A DNA stretch of 64,000 bases, from NCBI RefSeq assembly GCF_963921235.1, contig NC_086097.1:238826001-238890000 (forward strand). Reading direction: 5' to 3'. The notes below the pieces were generated by a model. It was not told the DNA's origin, ran no database searches, and saw only the letters and a program-made list of their open reading frames with translations. The number at the start of each line of letters is the position of its first letter. Position 1 is the stretch's first letter. This document shows, one piece after another, positions 24,558-36,456 of the stretch. The translations under genes were made by a program, and so were the position numbers. The stretch comes from Mobula hypostoma. Lineage: Eukaryota.

Positions 24558-25098
24558 TACTTAGTGGGTACTTCCTTAGAAAAACATGCTAAAGCAAGTG
24601 CTTATTCACCCACTCATGTGGCAGTAACTCAATACATAAAAGCATGCAGACATGGTCAGGAGGTTCAGTTGTTGTTCAAACCAAACATCAGAGTGGGGAA
24701 GAAATGTCACTTAAGTGACTTTGACAGTGGGATGTTTGTTGTTGTCAGCCGGGCTGGTTTGAGTATCTCAGAAACTGCTGACCCCCTGGGATTTCATGCA
24801 CAACAGTCTCTAGAGTTTACAGAGAATGCCACCAAAAAAAATCCAAAACAAAACGTCAATTGAGCGGCAGTTCTGTGGGCTGAAGTGTCTTGTTAATGAG
24901 AGCGGTCAGAAGAGAATGGCCAGACTGTTTCAACTGATAAGAAAGTAAGAGTAACTCAAATAACCATGCATTACAACAATGGTGCACAGAAAAGCATCTT
25001 TGAATGCACAACACGCCCAAGCTAGAAGTGGATGGGCTGCTGCCGAAGTGGACCACACTGGTTCCACTCCTGTACCTAAAAAAAGTAGCCACCGAGTG
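24558..25098 (+). mobile_element. Non-autonomous Tc1/mariner element (copy 2)
   Basis: GKKCHLSDFDSGMFVVVSRAGLSISETADPLGF (Tc1 HTH start); right TIR TGTACCTAAAAAAAGTAGCCACCGAGTG then TA. Confidence 0.8.
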
Positions 25099-25324
25099 TA
25101 TTATGCCATAGCACTAAGAGCAAACAATACTGAATTCCTGCTTCTGTTATTTCGCATGAGAATATACTGGTAATCTGAAATATTGTCAGAGATTTCAGCA
25201 GTATAAATCAGGTTGACAGAAAAGTGTCATGCTATGTGCTGGCCATATCAGAACCCAAGTGCAGAGGGAAGACAGACTCTGATGTAGAGTTGGCAATGAG
25301 AGTTTGTTCATAATAATTCCGAAG

Positions 25325-25617
25325 AGCCAGCGCCTCTTCCCCAGGGCACCACTGCTCAATACAAGAGGACATGGCTTTAAGGTAAGGGGTGGGAAGTTCA
25401 AGGTGGATATTAGAGGAAGGTTTTTTACTCAGAGAGTGGTTGGTGCGTGGAATGCATTGCCTGAGTCAGTGGTGGAGGCAGATACACTAGTGAAGTTTAA
25501 GACTACTAGACAGGTATATGGAGGAATTTAAGGTAGGGGCTTATATGGAAGGCAGAGTTTGATGGACGGCACAACATCGTGGGCCGAAGGGCCTGTACTG
25601 TGCTGTACTATTCTATG
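25325..25617 (+). mobile_element. Young CR1 3' tail
   Basis: SQRLFPRAPLLNTRGHGFKVRGGKF...; nearly identical to 31266-31558. Confidence 0.85.
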
Positions 25618-26026
25618 AAAGAACATCGATGGCTCGGCCAGGCGACACTGAGAGAAGTCTTTGGGAATCTGTGTAAATGACAGGGTGGTGAATCTGTAGA
25701 ATTCATCATCATAGATGGCTGTGGAGGCCAAGTCACTGAGTATATTTGAAGTGGAGGTTGATGGATTTTTTATTTGTAAAGGTGTCAAAGGTTATGGTGA
25801 GGAAGCAGGATACTGGAATTGAGGTGGAAACCCTGATAGAATGAAAGAGAAAATTTGATGGGCCAAATGGTCTAATTCTGCTCCTATGTCTTATGGTGTA
25901 ATGGTCTTATGGTCTTTTCATTTGCATTTGCTTGCAACCTTTTTCCATGAAGATCAATCCAAAATATTAATGTAATTGCTCTTCAGTTTCTTTATTCACC
26001 GTTATATATCCTCTCATCTCCAGAAG

Positions 26027-26885
26027 ACCAAAAAATTCTATTTTAACTTGATCAGTCCACAGGACTTGTTTCCAAACTGCATCAGGCTTGTTTAGATGTT
26101 CCTTTGAACCTTTAGAATAGAACTTCTTGGCCGCAATGAGCAGAGGTATGTTTGGAGAAAAAAGGGTGCAGAATTTCATGAAAAGAACCCCTCTCCAAAT
26201 GTTAAGCACGGGGTTGGATCGATCATGCTTTGGGCTTGTGTTGCAGGCACTGGCACGGCGAACATTTACTGGTAGAGGGAAGAAGGAATTCAATTAAATA
26301 CCAATAAATTCTGGAAGCAAACATCACACCGTCTGTAAAAAAGCCGAAGATGAAAAGAGGCTGGCTTCTACAACAGGATAATGATCCTAAGCACACCTCA
26401 AAATCCACAATGGACAACCTCAAGAGGTGCAAGCTGAAGGTTTTGCCATGGCCCTCACAGTCCCCCAATCTAAACATCATTGAGAATCTGTGGATAGACC
26501 TCAAAAGAGCAGTGCATGCAAGATGGCCTGAGAATTTCACAGAACTAGAAGCGTTTTGCAAGAAAGAATGGGAGAAAATCCAGCTAAACAAGAATTGAAA
26601 GACTCTTAGGTGGCTACAAAAAGCATTTACAAGCTGTGATACTTGCCAAAGGGGGTGTTGCTAAGTACTGCCATGCAGGGTGCCCAAACTTTTGCTTCCT
26701 TTTCCTTTTTTGTTATTTCGAAAGTGTAAAAGATGGAAATAAAAAAGTTTTCTTGCTTAAAATATTAAAGAAATGTGTCATCTTTAACATTATGCCTTTT
26801 GGAAATCAGTTCATCGTTTAATCGCTTAGCTATTCACAGTAACAGAAATTTTGACCAGGGTTGCCAAAACATTTGCATGACACTC
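26027..26885 (+). mobile_element. Tc1 DD34E transposon, 3' half with IR/DR end; first ~80 bp inverted
   Basis: ORF 26350 QQDNDPKHTSK...WPSQSPNLNIIENLW; upstream VKHGVGSIMLW; GGGTGCCCAAACTTTTGC-like direct repeats at ~26678 and ~26858; end followed by TA. Confidence 0.9.
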
Positions 26886-28721
26886 TACCTAAGACCGAGT
26901 ATGTGCAGTAGATTGCTTTCTCTGAATAACATTTGTGAACCAGATATGTTCTTTAACAATATTCCCGTAGTTTCATTATTACCCTTACAAAACTGCCAAA
27001 GGGTTGTAAACAATGCATTACAGTGCCAGTGACATGGGTTCAATTCCCACTACTGTCTGTAAGGATTTTCCATGGAAAATCTGGGTTCTCCAGTTTCTTC
27101 CCACAGTCCAAAGAAGAAATGGATTGTAGGTTATATGGTCATTGTAAATTGTCCCATGGCTAGGCTAAGGTTACTGGGGTGCTGGCAATGTGGCTCTGGG
27201 CACCAGAAGAGCCTATTCCACACTGTGTCTCAATAAATAAAATAAAACTAAAACAGAAAAATATTTGATTGTAGAAGTTGGCACCACACTTAGAATTACA
27301 GTAGCTTATTTGTGAATAAAAATTCTCAATTTCTATTTGATACAAATATTTCAGAAGTATATGCTGAACTGTAGATATTAGAATTTGATTACGGTGAAAA
27401 TGGGCTGAATTATACCTGCTTTGGCAGGTCTACCTGCTGTACACACGAGTGACAGATGGCATGCCACCTGTCTCTCTCTTCCGGCTTTGGACTCCAGTGC
27501 TGAAGTCCACTATACAAGGGAATTGTCTTTCCAATCCTATTCTGTATTTTTTAAAATCTGTAATATTATGCTAGTCATGAGCTTACCGAGACAGGCTTTA
27601 ACACATATATATCAGCCTCACCAGCTTTTAAATGTCTCTGAATGTCAGGAACATTTTAACACAGCTAAATTCCTGGGCAGCTTTAATAGAAATCTGATCC
27701 AATATTTGTGCCCTGTCAAATCCCGTCAGTGTGTTCTAGACCTCAGGAGTCACAGCTATTGCAACTGAGGCCTGGTTCATATGGAGTTTGGTTCAGGTGC
27801 TGGGAGAGTGCAAGTGACAAAGTCCAGGCAGCAGTCCGTTCAACTGTTCAGTACACTGATGCTGTCTTGCCTACCTAGTCCATTAACGCTATTTTATGAT
27901 TCAGCTGTGTCTCATGCAAAGTATATTTTTAGTTCAACTTCTCAGTGTGTTTGTATAATTTTTCCTAAATTATAGTCAAAGAACACTACAGCACAGAAAC
28001 AGGCCCTTCGGCCCATTTAATCCAGTAATTTACTAACCAGTCCAAATTGACCTGCCCCCAGAGCAAACCCCCCCCCACCCATACCCCTCCCATCCAAATT
28101 TCTCTTGAATGTTGAAATCAAACCCATATCTACCACTTGTGTTGGCAGCTCATTCCACACTCAGCACCCTCTGAGTCACAGGCCGAGGCAGCTATCTTCT
28201 ACCACTCTCTGGTATCTCCCATGAAGCCAATATCTAATCCAATTTACCACTTCATCTTGAATGCCCAGTGACTGAACCTTCTTGACCAACATCCCATGCA
28301 GGATCTTGTCAAAGGCCTTGATAAGTCCATGTTGACAACATCCACTTCCTTGCCTTAATCAGCTTCCCTGATAATGTCCTCAAAAAGCTCCTTAAAATCA
28401 GTTAGACGTGACCTACGATGCACAAAGCCATGCTGAATATCCCCAATCAGTTTCTGTTTATCCAAATACTTACATATACAGTCTCTTAGAATACCTTCCA
28501 ATAACTTTTCCACGACTGATATCAGGCTGAACAGCCTATAATTTCCTGGCTTAATTTTAGAGCATTTCCTAAACAGCAGAACAATGAATCCTCCAGCATC
28601 TCACCCACGGCTAAGGACATTTTAAATACCTCTGCAATTTCTGCACTAGCTGCTCACAGGTTCTAAAGAAACATCTTGTCAGGCCCTAGGGATTTACTCA
28701 CTATAATTTGCCTCAAAACAG

Positions 28722-29165
28722 TAAACAGCCCCTCCTCTCGGGACATTTATCAGGAGCGCTGCATAAGCAGGATCTTAGCATTATTAGGGAACCCACCCAT
28801 CCATCCAGCAACCTCTTTGACATTCTACTATCAGGCAGAAGACTCTGTTGCATAAAAACAAGAACAGGCAGATTGAGAAGAAGTTTCTTCCCCCAGACCA
28901 TTAGGCTTCTGAGCTTCCGGCCGCATCATTTTCAAAGTGTCACTGGTTAATCTGTTCCATACCTTACAATATTTAATAGTAATGCACTTCAGTTTGTTGC
29001 TTATGTGTGATTCATCTGTAGCTTTTATCCTTACCTTTATAAGTTATCATGTGTTACGTGTGTTATGCACTTTTCACCCTAGTTGGAAGAAACGTCTCAT
29101 TTCTATATTCATTATGTATGTTATATACATGTATGTAGTTGAGTGACAATAAAAACCCATTTGAC
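28722..29165 (+). mobile_element. Rex-type LINE 3' fragment nested in CR1
   Basis: ORF 28708 SIIREPTHPSSNLFDILLSGRRL..TGRLRRSFFPQTIRLL; AATAAA near 29148. Confidence 0.75.
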
Positions 29166-29628
29166 TTAACTCTGTAATCTGCATAGGGTCTATAATCTCA
29201 CTGCTGCATTACCTCACCTCTATAGACTGTATTCATCTCCTGAGTAAATGCAGATACAAAAAAATCATCCCTATTTCTTTCAGCTCCGTGCATAGATTAC
29301 CACTCCGACCTTCCAGAGAATCAATTTTGGTCCTTGCTGTCCTTTTGCTCTTAACATATTTGTTGAAACCCTTAAGATTCTCCTTCACCTTGACCGCATT
29401 CTTCTAACCCTCTTGATTTTCTTAAGTGTTCTCTTGACTTTCTTATACTTAGGTGCCTTATTTGTTCCTACCAGCCTGTACCTGCTGTGTATCTCCTTTT
29501 TAATCTTAACCAAGGCCTCAATATCTCTCAAAAATCAATGTTCCTTAACCCTGGTATCCTTGCGTTTTGTTCTGACAGGAATATAACATACAAGCTCTGC
29601 ACTCTCAAAATTTCACTTTCAAAGGGCT

Positions 29629-29913
29629 TGTAGCGATGTGCTACACACAGCGCCAGAATAACCACACGGAGTCGGTGAGTTAGAGTTGCGGTGAAAGAGA
29701 TTTATTCAAACTTCGCGGCCCGCTTTAAAGCCTTCCCGTTCCCGCCCTCCCGGGGTGGGATTGCTGTGGGGAATGCATATTCCCAGACCCTTTCTGTGCG
29801 CGGGATTTTCCCCCCGCTGGTGAAGATGGCCTGGCGCCCTTTTTGGGGCCGGCCCTCTGCCTGCGCGCGCTGTTGTCAGCTGGTTCGTGTGTGCCAGAAA
29901 GAGGGTCGCCACA
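29629..29913 (-). mobile_element. Solo LTR (285 bp), probably Gypsy
   Basis: TGTAGCGA...TCGCCACA inverted termini; 4-bp TSD GGCT (29625-28 and 29914-17); AATAAA on the minus strand at 29701-06; interrupts CR1; CpG-rich. Confidence 0.85.
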
Positions 29914-30730
29914 GGCTCACACTTACTAAGTACACCTTTGCCATAAAACAGCCTGTCCCAATGCACACTTGTCAGGTCCGTTCTGACACCATTAAAGTTG
30001 GCCTTTGTCCAATCTAGAATCTCAACCCGAAGGCCAGACCTATCTTTTTCCTTTGCAGCCATTACATCTCGTGATCATAGTGGCATTATGATCACTAGAT
30101 GCAAAGTGTTGCCCTACACATACTTCTGTCACTTGCCTGGTCTCATTCCATCATGGGAGATCTAGTACTTCATTCCCTCTAGTTGGGACTTCTATGTATC
30201 GATTAAGGAAACTTTCCTGAACACATTTGACAATTTTTTTCCGATCCAGCCCTTTTACAGTATGGGTGTCAAAGTCGATATTTGCGAAGTTAAAATCACC
30301 TAGTATCACAATGGTATGTTTCTTGCAACAGTGTGCGATCTTTCGACAAATTTGTTCCTCTAAATCCCGCAAACTGTTGGGTAATCTGTAACATAATCCC
30401 ATAAACTGGTCATATCTTTCTTATTCCTCAGTTCTACCCACAAAACCTCAACAGATGACCTCTTCAGTCGGTCCTGTCTGAGCACTGTCGTGACATTTAA
30501 CCATACTAGTAATGCCACTCCTCTCCCCCTAATCTCTCGCACTCCATCGTCTTAAACAATTAAATGCTGGAACACTGAGCTGCAAGTCCTGCCTCTCCTG
30601 CAACCGGCTCTCATTAATGGCTACAATCTCATAATTCCATGTGCTGATTCATGCACTAAACTCATCTGTCTTCTCTTCAATATTTCTTTGAAATATATGC
30701 AGTCCCACCATGCTCAACATTATGATTCCT

Positions 30731-31567
30731 GATTGCAGAGAGACATTGATAGGATGCAGAAGTGGGCTGAGAAGTGGCAGATGGAGTTCAAACCGGAGAA
30801 GTGTGAGGTGGTACACTTTGGAAGGACAAACTCCAAGGCAGAGTACAAAGGAAATGGCAGGATACTTGGTAGTGTGGAGGAGCAGAGGGTTCTCGGGGTA
30901 CATGTCCACAGATCCCTGAAAGTTGCCTCACAGGTGGATAGGGTAGTTAAGAAAGCTTATGGGATATTAGCTTTCATAAGTCGAAGGATAGAGTTTAAGA
31001 GTCGCAAGGTAATGATGCAGTTCTATAAAACTCTGATTAGGCCACACTTGGAGTACTGTGTCCAGTTCTGGTCACCTCACTTAAGGAAGGATGTGGAAGC
31101 ATTGGAAAGGGTACAGAGAAGATTTACCAGGATGCTGCCTGGTATAGAGAGTATGCATTATGATCAGAGTTTAAGGGAGCTAGGGCTTTACTCTCTGTAG
31201 AGGAGGAGGATGAGAGGAGACATGATAGAGGTGTACAAGATAATAAGAGGAATAGATAGAGTGGATAGCCAGTGCCTCTTCCCCAGGGCACCACTGTTCA
31301 ATACAAGAGGACATGGCTTTAAGGTAAGGGGTGCGAAGTTCAAGGGGGATATTAGAGGAAGGTTTTTTACTCAGAGAGTGGTTGGTGCATGGAATGCACT
31401 GCCTGAGTCAGTGGTGGAGGCAGATACACTAGTGAAGTTTAAGAGACTACTAGACAGGTATATGGAGGAATTTAAGGTGGGGGGTTATATGGGAGGCAGG
31501 GTTTGAGGATCGGCACAACATTGTGGGCCGAAGGGCCTGTACTGTGCTGTACTATTCTATGTTCTAT
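30731..31567 (+). mobile_element. Young CR1 LINE, 5'-truncated
   Basis: ORFs 30733 and 31210 (WAEKWQMEF..KCEVVHFG, RPHLEYCVQFWSP, FFTQRVV) in the same frame, separated by one TAG; (TTCTATG)n tail. Confidence 0.9.
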
Positions 31568-32015
31568 GTAGGCTTAACAACATCTTTCTCCACAGCTACT
31601 CCATTATCTGTTCTAAAGTTTTGGTTTCCATCCCCCTACATTAAAATCACCACGTGCAGAACTAGCAAACTTTCTCACCAGGATATTAGTCCCTGTCCTG
31701 ATCAGGCACAAACCATCTCTTCTGTATAGGTCTCATCTTCTCTGGAAGAAAGGCCAATGAATGAAAAAAACAGAAGCCATCCATTCTGCATGTGTTAAAC
31801 TGTGTGCTTATGTCTGGCCTCAGCAGCACTTTGAACAGGAAGTAATCCTAAAATCACGATCCTGGAGTTCTTGTCCTTTAACTTAGCACTCAACTCCCTG
31901 AACTCACTTTGCAGGACCTCATCACCTATCTTATCAATGTCATTAGTACTGACTGGGACCATGACCTCTGCCTACTCACCCTCCCACTTAAGAAAGCTGC
32001 GGACTCAGTCTGCGA

Positions 32016-32455
32016 TTTACTGAATAACGCACACAAAATGCTGGAGGAACTCAGCAGGCCAGGCAGCATCTAAGGAAAAGAGTAAACAGTCGATGTTTCG
32101 GGCTGAGACGCTTGAGCGGGGATGGAGAGAAAAAGATGAGGAATCAGAGTTAGAAGGTGGGGTCAGGCAGGGAGAGAGGAAGACAAGGTGATAGGTGAAA
32201 CTGCGAGGTGGGGAAGGCGTGAAGCAAAAAGTTGGGAATTTGGTTGCTGAAAAAGATACAAGACTGGATAAGGGTGAATCTAATAGGAGAGGACAGAAGG
32301 CCATGGAAGAAAGATAAAGGGAGGGGAGCTCCAGGGGGAGATGATGAGCAGGCATGGAGATGAGGTGAGAGAGGGAATGTGGGATGAGGAATAGAGGATG
32401 AAGGGCATTACCAGAAGTTCAAGAAGTCAATATTTATGCCATCAGGTTGGAGGCC
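32016..32455 (-). mobile_element. PLE 3' end (endonuclease tail, 3' region, pLTR)
   Basis: Reverse complement begins CCTCCAACCTGATGGCATAAATATTGACTTC (compare 15300-15330) and ends in pLTR GATGCTGCCTGGCCTGCTGAGTTCCTCCAGCATTTTGTG. Confidence 0.8.
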
Positions 32456-32850
32456 AAGATGTGCCTAAATCAGAAATATGTATTGTAAGTGTATAAGTAG
32501 CATAAATCAGGAATATATATTGGGCCATGTTATGGTTTAACATGTGGATAAGTATCTCCAAAGTTTACAATATCCAGTACAATGCACACACAGATATGAC
32601 AACCTGAATAATTCATATAGTAATAGAAGACAACAATACTGGAAGATTCATTACCCTCGGGTAAATTGATTTACAAATCATTAAAATTGCAATGCACGTC
32701 AACAGAGTCATAACATGCGCAAAAGAAGTGCAGCGATTCATTCTTAAAACGTAGAGAAACGATGTTAAACTTGTAATAGCCTTGGGTAGGTTGCTGTTAT
32801 GGTGCACTGCTCTAGAATTATAGTAAGTATTTGGTCATATTGGATGTGTT

Positions 32851-33547
32851 TCCTGAAGGTTGTTATAGCTGGGGGTGGTAATGGGGACAAGTTCCCACTA
32901 CCTATTAAATGCTTCCAATGGTGTGCGCATCAAGTAGCCTCTGACAAACAAGTCTAGCTCCTGGCCTTCACCTGTGGCTTAGCTACTAAGCCCCAGCAGA
33001 ACCATTTCTACTGAAAGGAGAAGGGGCAAAGGTGAGTTACTGGCCCCTGAAAACCAGTCGCTTTGGCCAGTTGGGGGTGTCAGCGGTGTTTGGCAGCTCA
33101 TCTAGGAAAAGGAAAACTCTGGTCTTAAACTTCAAACAAGAGAAAATCTGCAGATGCTGGAAATCCACGCAACACAGACAAAATGCTGGAGGAACTCAGC
33201 AGGCCAAGCAGCATCTATGGAACAGTGTACAGTCTCAAACCTCCACTGCCTTGCGGCCATACCCACGCAAGGGAAAGGCTTGGAGAGTAAACCTTGAGGG
33301 AAAAATTCAGAGCTGGAATCCCTAAAGCAGTCCTACATTGAGTTCAACGCTGACTCTCAACTCCAGCAACGCTGCCGACACTAAACTGTATTGGTCTCTG
33401 CTATTCCTTTGGGTTCATCAGTTATGTGGAGAGGGGGAGCTTGCTACACGCAAACAGTTTGCTCTCCATATCATCCTACCCAGGCTTGCATATCTAGAGA
33501 GCTAGGACACAACATCCATGACTAACTCTGATTGATGGAAGCCTCAG
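32851..33547 (+). mobile_element. Non-autonomous RTE-related element with a nested pLTR (~33134-33232)
   Basis: Aligns end to end with 57008-57648 from the shared start TCCT(G/T)AAGGTTGTTATAGCTGGGGGTGGTAAT. Confidence 0.65.
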
Positions 33548-34140
33548 CTCAGCTCAGCATTGGATATGGATTATTTTTTTTAAAAAACAAGGCTGGCACC
33601 AGAATTGAGTATTTATAACTGATTTATGGATTGGGCTGTAATTCAGTTTTATGTCTTTTTTTATATATTCTGTGCTTTCACCTATTCTTTCTTGTTGCTG
33701 TTTGCGATGTTGCTCTTTGAACACTCTCGTTGTTTTGTGACTGTCTGGAGAAGACCAGTCTCGGAGTTGTTATGCAAACATGCTTTGATAATAAAAGTAC
33801 CTTGAACTTTGAATGATCAGGTGCAGATTTTCAGTTTGGAAAGCATTAAAAGGAAACTGGATGGAATCTTTAACTATTTATATCTGCTAATTAATTAAAT
33901 ACACTGTATTTAAGTATTAAAGATTATGTGTAAACCTATAAACAGTTGTTAGTGCATAATTTGCTGCCTGATTTATTTGATGTTTTGCCAAGAAGTGACT
34001 AATTAATTCGCTCAGTGACTTTGAATATTCTAATTGTAAACTGGTCGCGCAGAGTTGAATTGAACCTGAATGAGGCAGCCTAAGACAGTCCAATTCAGAT
34101 TTATTTATCACCTGTACATCAAAACATACAGTGAAATGTG

Positions 34141-34670
34141 GTCCATACCATCCACCACAAGCAGGACCTCCTGGTGGCCTAACATTTTAATTCCGACTCT
34201 GATTCCCGTTCTGATGTGTCAGTCCATGGTTTCCTCTTGTGCCAAGATGAGGCCATCCTCAGGGTGGAGGAGCAACACCTTATATTCTATCTAGGTACCC
34301 TCCAACCTGGTGGCATGAATATCGATTTCTCCTTCTGTTGAACACATTTCCCCTCCCACTTCCTCTATTCCCCACTCCAACTTTACACTTCACACCTACC
34401 TATTATTGCCCCCTGGGTCCCCTCCTCCTCCTTTTTCTCATATTGTCCACTCTCCTCTCATATCAGAATCCAGCTTGACCTTTACCACTGACCCCACCTT
34501 TTTTTATTCAGCAATCACCCCTCTTCCCACTCAGTCCTGAAGAAGTGTCTCGGAGACTGAAATGTCGACTCTTTACTCTTTTCTGTAGATGCTGCCTGGC
34601 CTGATGAGTTCCTCCAGCATTTTGTGAGAGTTGCTTTTGGATTTCCAGCATCTGCAGATTTTCTCATGTT
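34141..34670 (+). mobile_element. PLE 3' fragment with an 11-bp TSD
   Basis: Endonuclease tail (GAGGAGCAACACCTTATATTC..CTCCAACCTGGTGGCATGAATATCGATTTC) plus pLTR; TSD AGTGAAATGTG at 34130-40 and 34671-81. Confidence 0.85.
34533..34570 (+). ncRNA. Second hammerhead ribozyme motif (older PLE copy)
   Basis: AGTC-CTGAAGA-AGT(GTCTCGGAG)ACT-GAAA-TG-TC-GACT; core and helix I retained, helix III has C>T. Confidence 0.6.
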
Positions 34671-34711
34671 AGTGAAATGTGTGTCTCTTGCAATAACAGC
34701 CAGCACACTAG

Positions 34712-35554
34712 TAGTCATAGTCATACTTTATTGATCCTGGGGGAAATTGGTTTTTGTTACAGTTGCACCATAATTAATTAAATAGTAATAAAACCATAAA
34801 TAGTTAAATAGTAATATGTAAATGATCCCAGGAAATAAGTCCAGGACCAGCCTATTGGCTCAGGGTGTCTAACCCTCCAAGGGAGGAGTTGTAAAGTTTG
34901 ATGGCCACAGGCAGGAATGACTTCCTATGACGCTCTGTGTTGCATCTCGGTGGAATGAGTCTCTGGCTGAATGTACTCCTGTGCCCAACCAGTACATTAT
35001 GTAGTGGATGGGAGACATTGTCCAAGATGGCATGCAACTTAGACAGCATCCTCTTTTCAGACACCACCGTGAGAGAGTCCGGTTCCATCCCCACAACATC
35101 ACTGGCCTTACGAATGAGTTTGTTGATTCTGCTGGTGTCTGCTACCCTCAGCCTGCTGCTCCAGCACACAACAGCAAACATGATCGCACTGGCCACCACA
35201 GACTCGTTGAACATCCTCAGCATCATCCGACAGATGTTAAAGGACCTCAGTCTACTCAGGAAATAGAGACGGCTTTGACCCTTCTTGTAGACAGCCTCAG
35301 TGTTCTTTGACCAGTCCAGTTTATTGTCAATTCGTATCCCCAGGTATTTGTAATCCTCCACCATGCCCACACTGACCCCCTGGATGGAGACAGGGGTTGC
35401 CGGTATCTTAGCTCTCCTCAGGTCTACCACCAGCTCCTTAGTCTTTTTCACATTAAGCGGCAGATAATTCTGCTCACACCATGTGACAAAGTTTCCTACC
35501 GTAGCCCTGTACTCAACCTCATCTCCCTTGCTGATGCATCCAACTATGGCAGAG
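34712..35554 (-). mobile_element. Young Rex1/Babar LINE, 5'-truncated
   Basis: ORF 34852-35583 is nearly identical to ORF 8748-9533 from SAIVGCISKG onward; same (TATGAC)n tail. Confidence 0.88.
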
Positions 35555-35843
35555 CCAAGGACGTGCTGGGGGTTAGCCAACAAGTGTCACCACACATTCC
35601 AACATCTGATGATGAAAACAATGACATCAATCACTCCATTTGATTCTTGTCATCTATTTGTTACCATTATGACCCCAGTGCTTTTTCAATAGTTATATAT
35701 TAAATATAAAAGACTATTATAGTGAAATTCTAAACCTGCTGTGACATTCCAGTGGCAGACCAATGCTTGCTTTAGGAAATAGAATAGTTACAATAGATAT
35801 AGTTGTAAAGATTAAGACATTAACACAAGAGATCTTGCATATG

Positions 35844-36456
35844 GCAGAAGGAGAAGATGGTGGCGCGAGGCAGGTGAAATGATATTGTATTTGTTAAATA
35901 GGGGCCGTGCACAATTCTGATTTGATGGAGACAGCTGTGAGAAGCACAGAGGAATATCTGGAGGAACTTCTGAAATGCCCGGTTCGCTGCCGCTGCTACT
36001 GTGTGATTGAGAATCTCTGGAGGGAAGGCCCCAAATCCTCGGCTTTGCCTGCTGCTGGCAGCCAGGGCTGGAGTCGAAGCGCTCGGCAGAGATGGTGCTC
36101 GGTGCTCGGTGCTGGAGGGCTGGTTGGAGGCTCGAAGTTTTCGGATGACTCAGAGTCGGACCGTGGTCGGGCATGGCAGGGAGAGTTTTCTTCCTTCTCC
36201 TGTCTGCGTGAGAAGTGGGACTTTCAAGAGACATTGAACTTTTTTTACTGTGCCCATGGCCTGTTCTTCATCAAGTTATGGTATTGTTGCACTGTTGTAA
36301 CTCTATGTTATAATTATGTGTTTTTTGTCAGTTTTTCAGTCTTGGTCTGTCTTGTGTTTCTGTGATATCACACCAGAAGAAAATTGTATCATTTCTTAAT
36401 GCATGCATTACTAAATAACAATAAAAGAGGACTGCATGTCCTCATAATCTAATCTA
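35844..36456 (+). mobile_element. Unclassified non-coding retroposon with (AATCT)n tail, nested in a pLTR copy
   Basis: Starts near AAGATGGTGGCG, GC/CpG-rich body, AATAAA plus AATCTAATCT tail, ATATG on both sides; the pLTR sequence is split around it. Confidence 0.6.

Larger units (their letters stand above)
27975..32010 (-). mobile_element. Long, old, internally deleted CR1 (upstream region, APE endonuclease, RT, tail) carrying three nested insertions
   Basis: ORFs 30360 (GRGVALLV..VLWVELRNKK), 30151 (YRLPNS..ILGDFNF..DL) and 29706 (LDWTKANFNGVRTDL); RT region ~28250-28700; tail ~27975-28020. Confidence 0.75.

Noticed and set aside
31198..31209. In-frame TAG between two CR1 ORFs as possible programmed readthrough
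   Set aside because: Other copies read LERRRM here (GAG), so it is a simple nonsense mutation. The Gypsy TAG at 4768-4770 is likewise accompanied by frameshifts.
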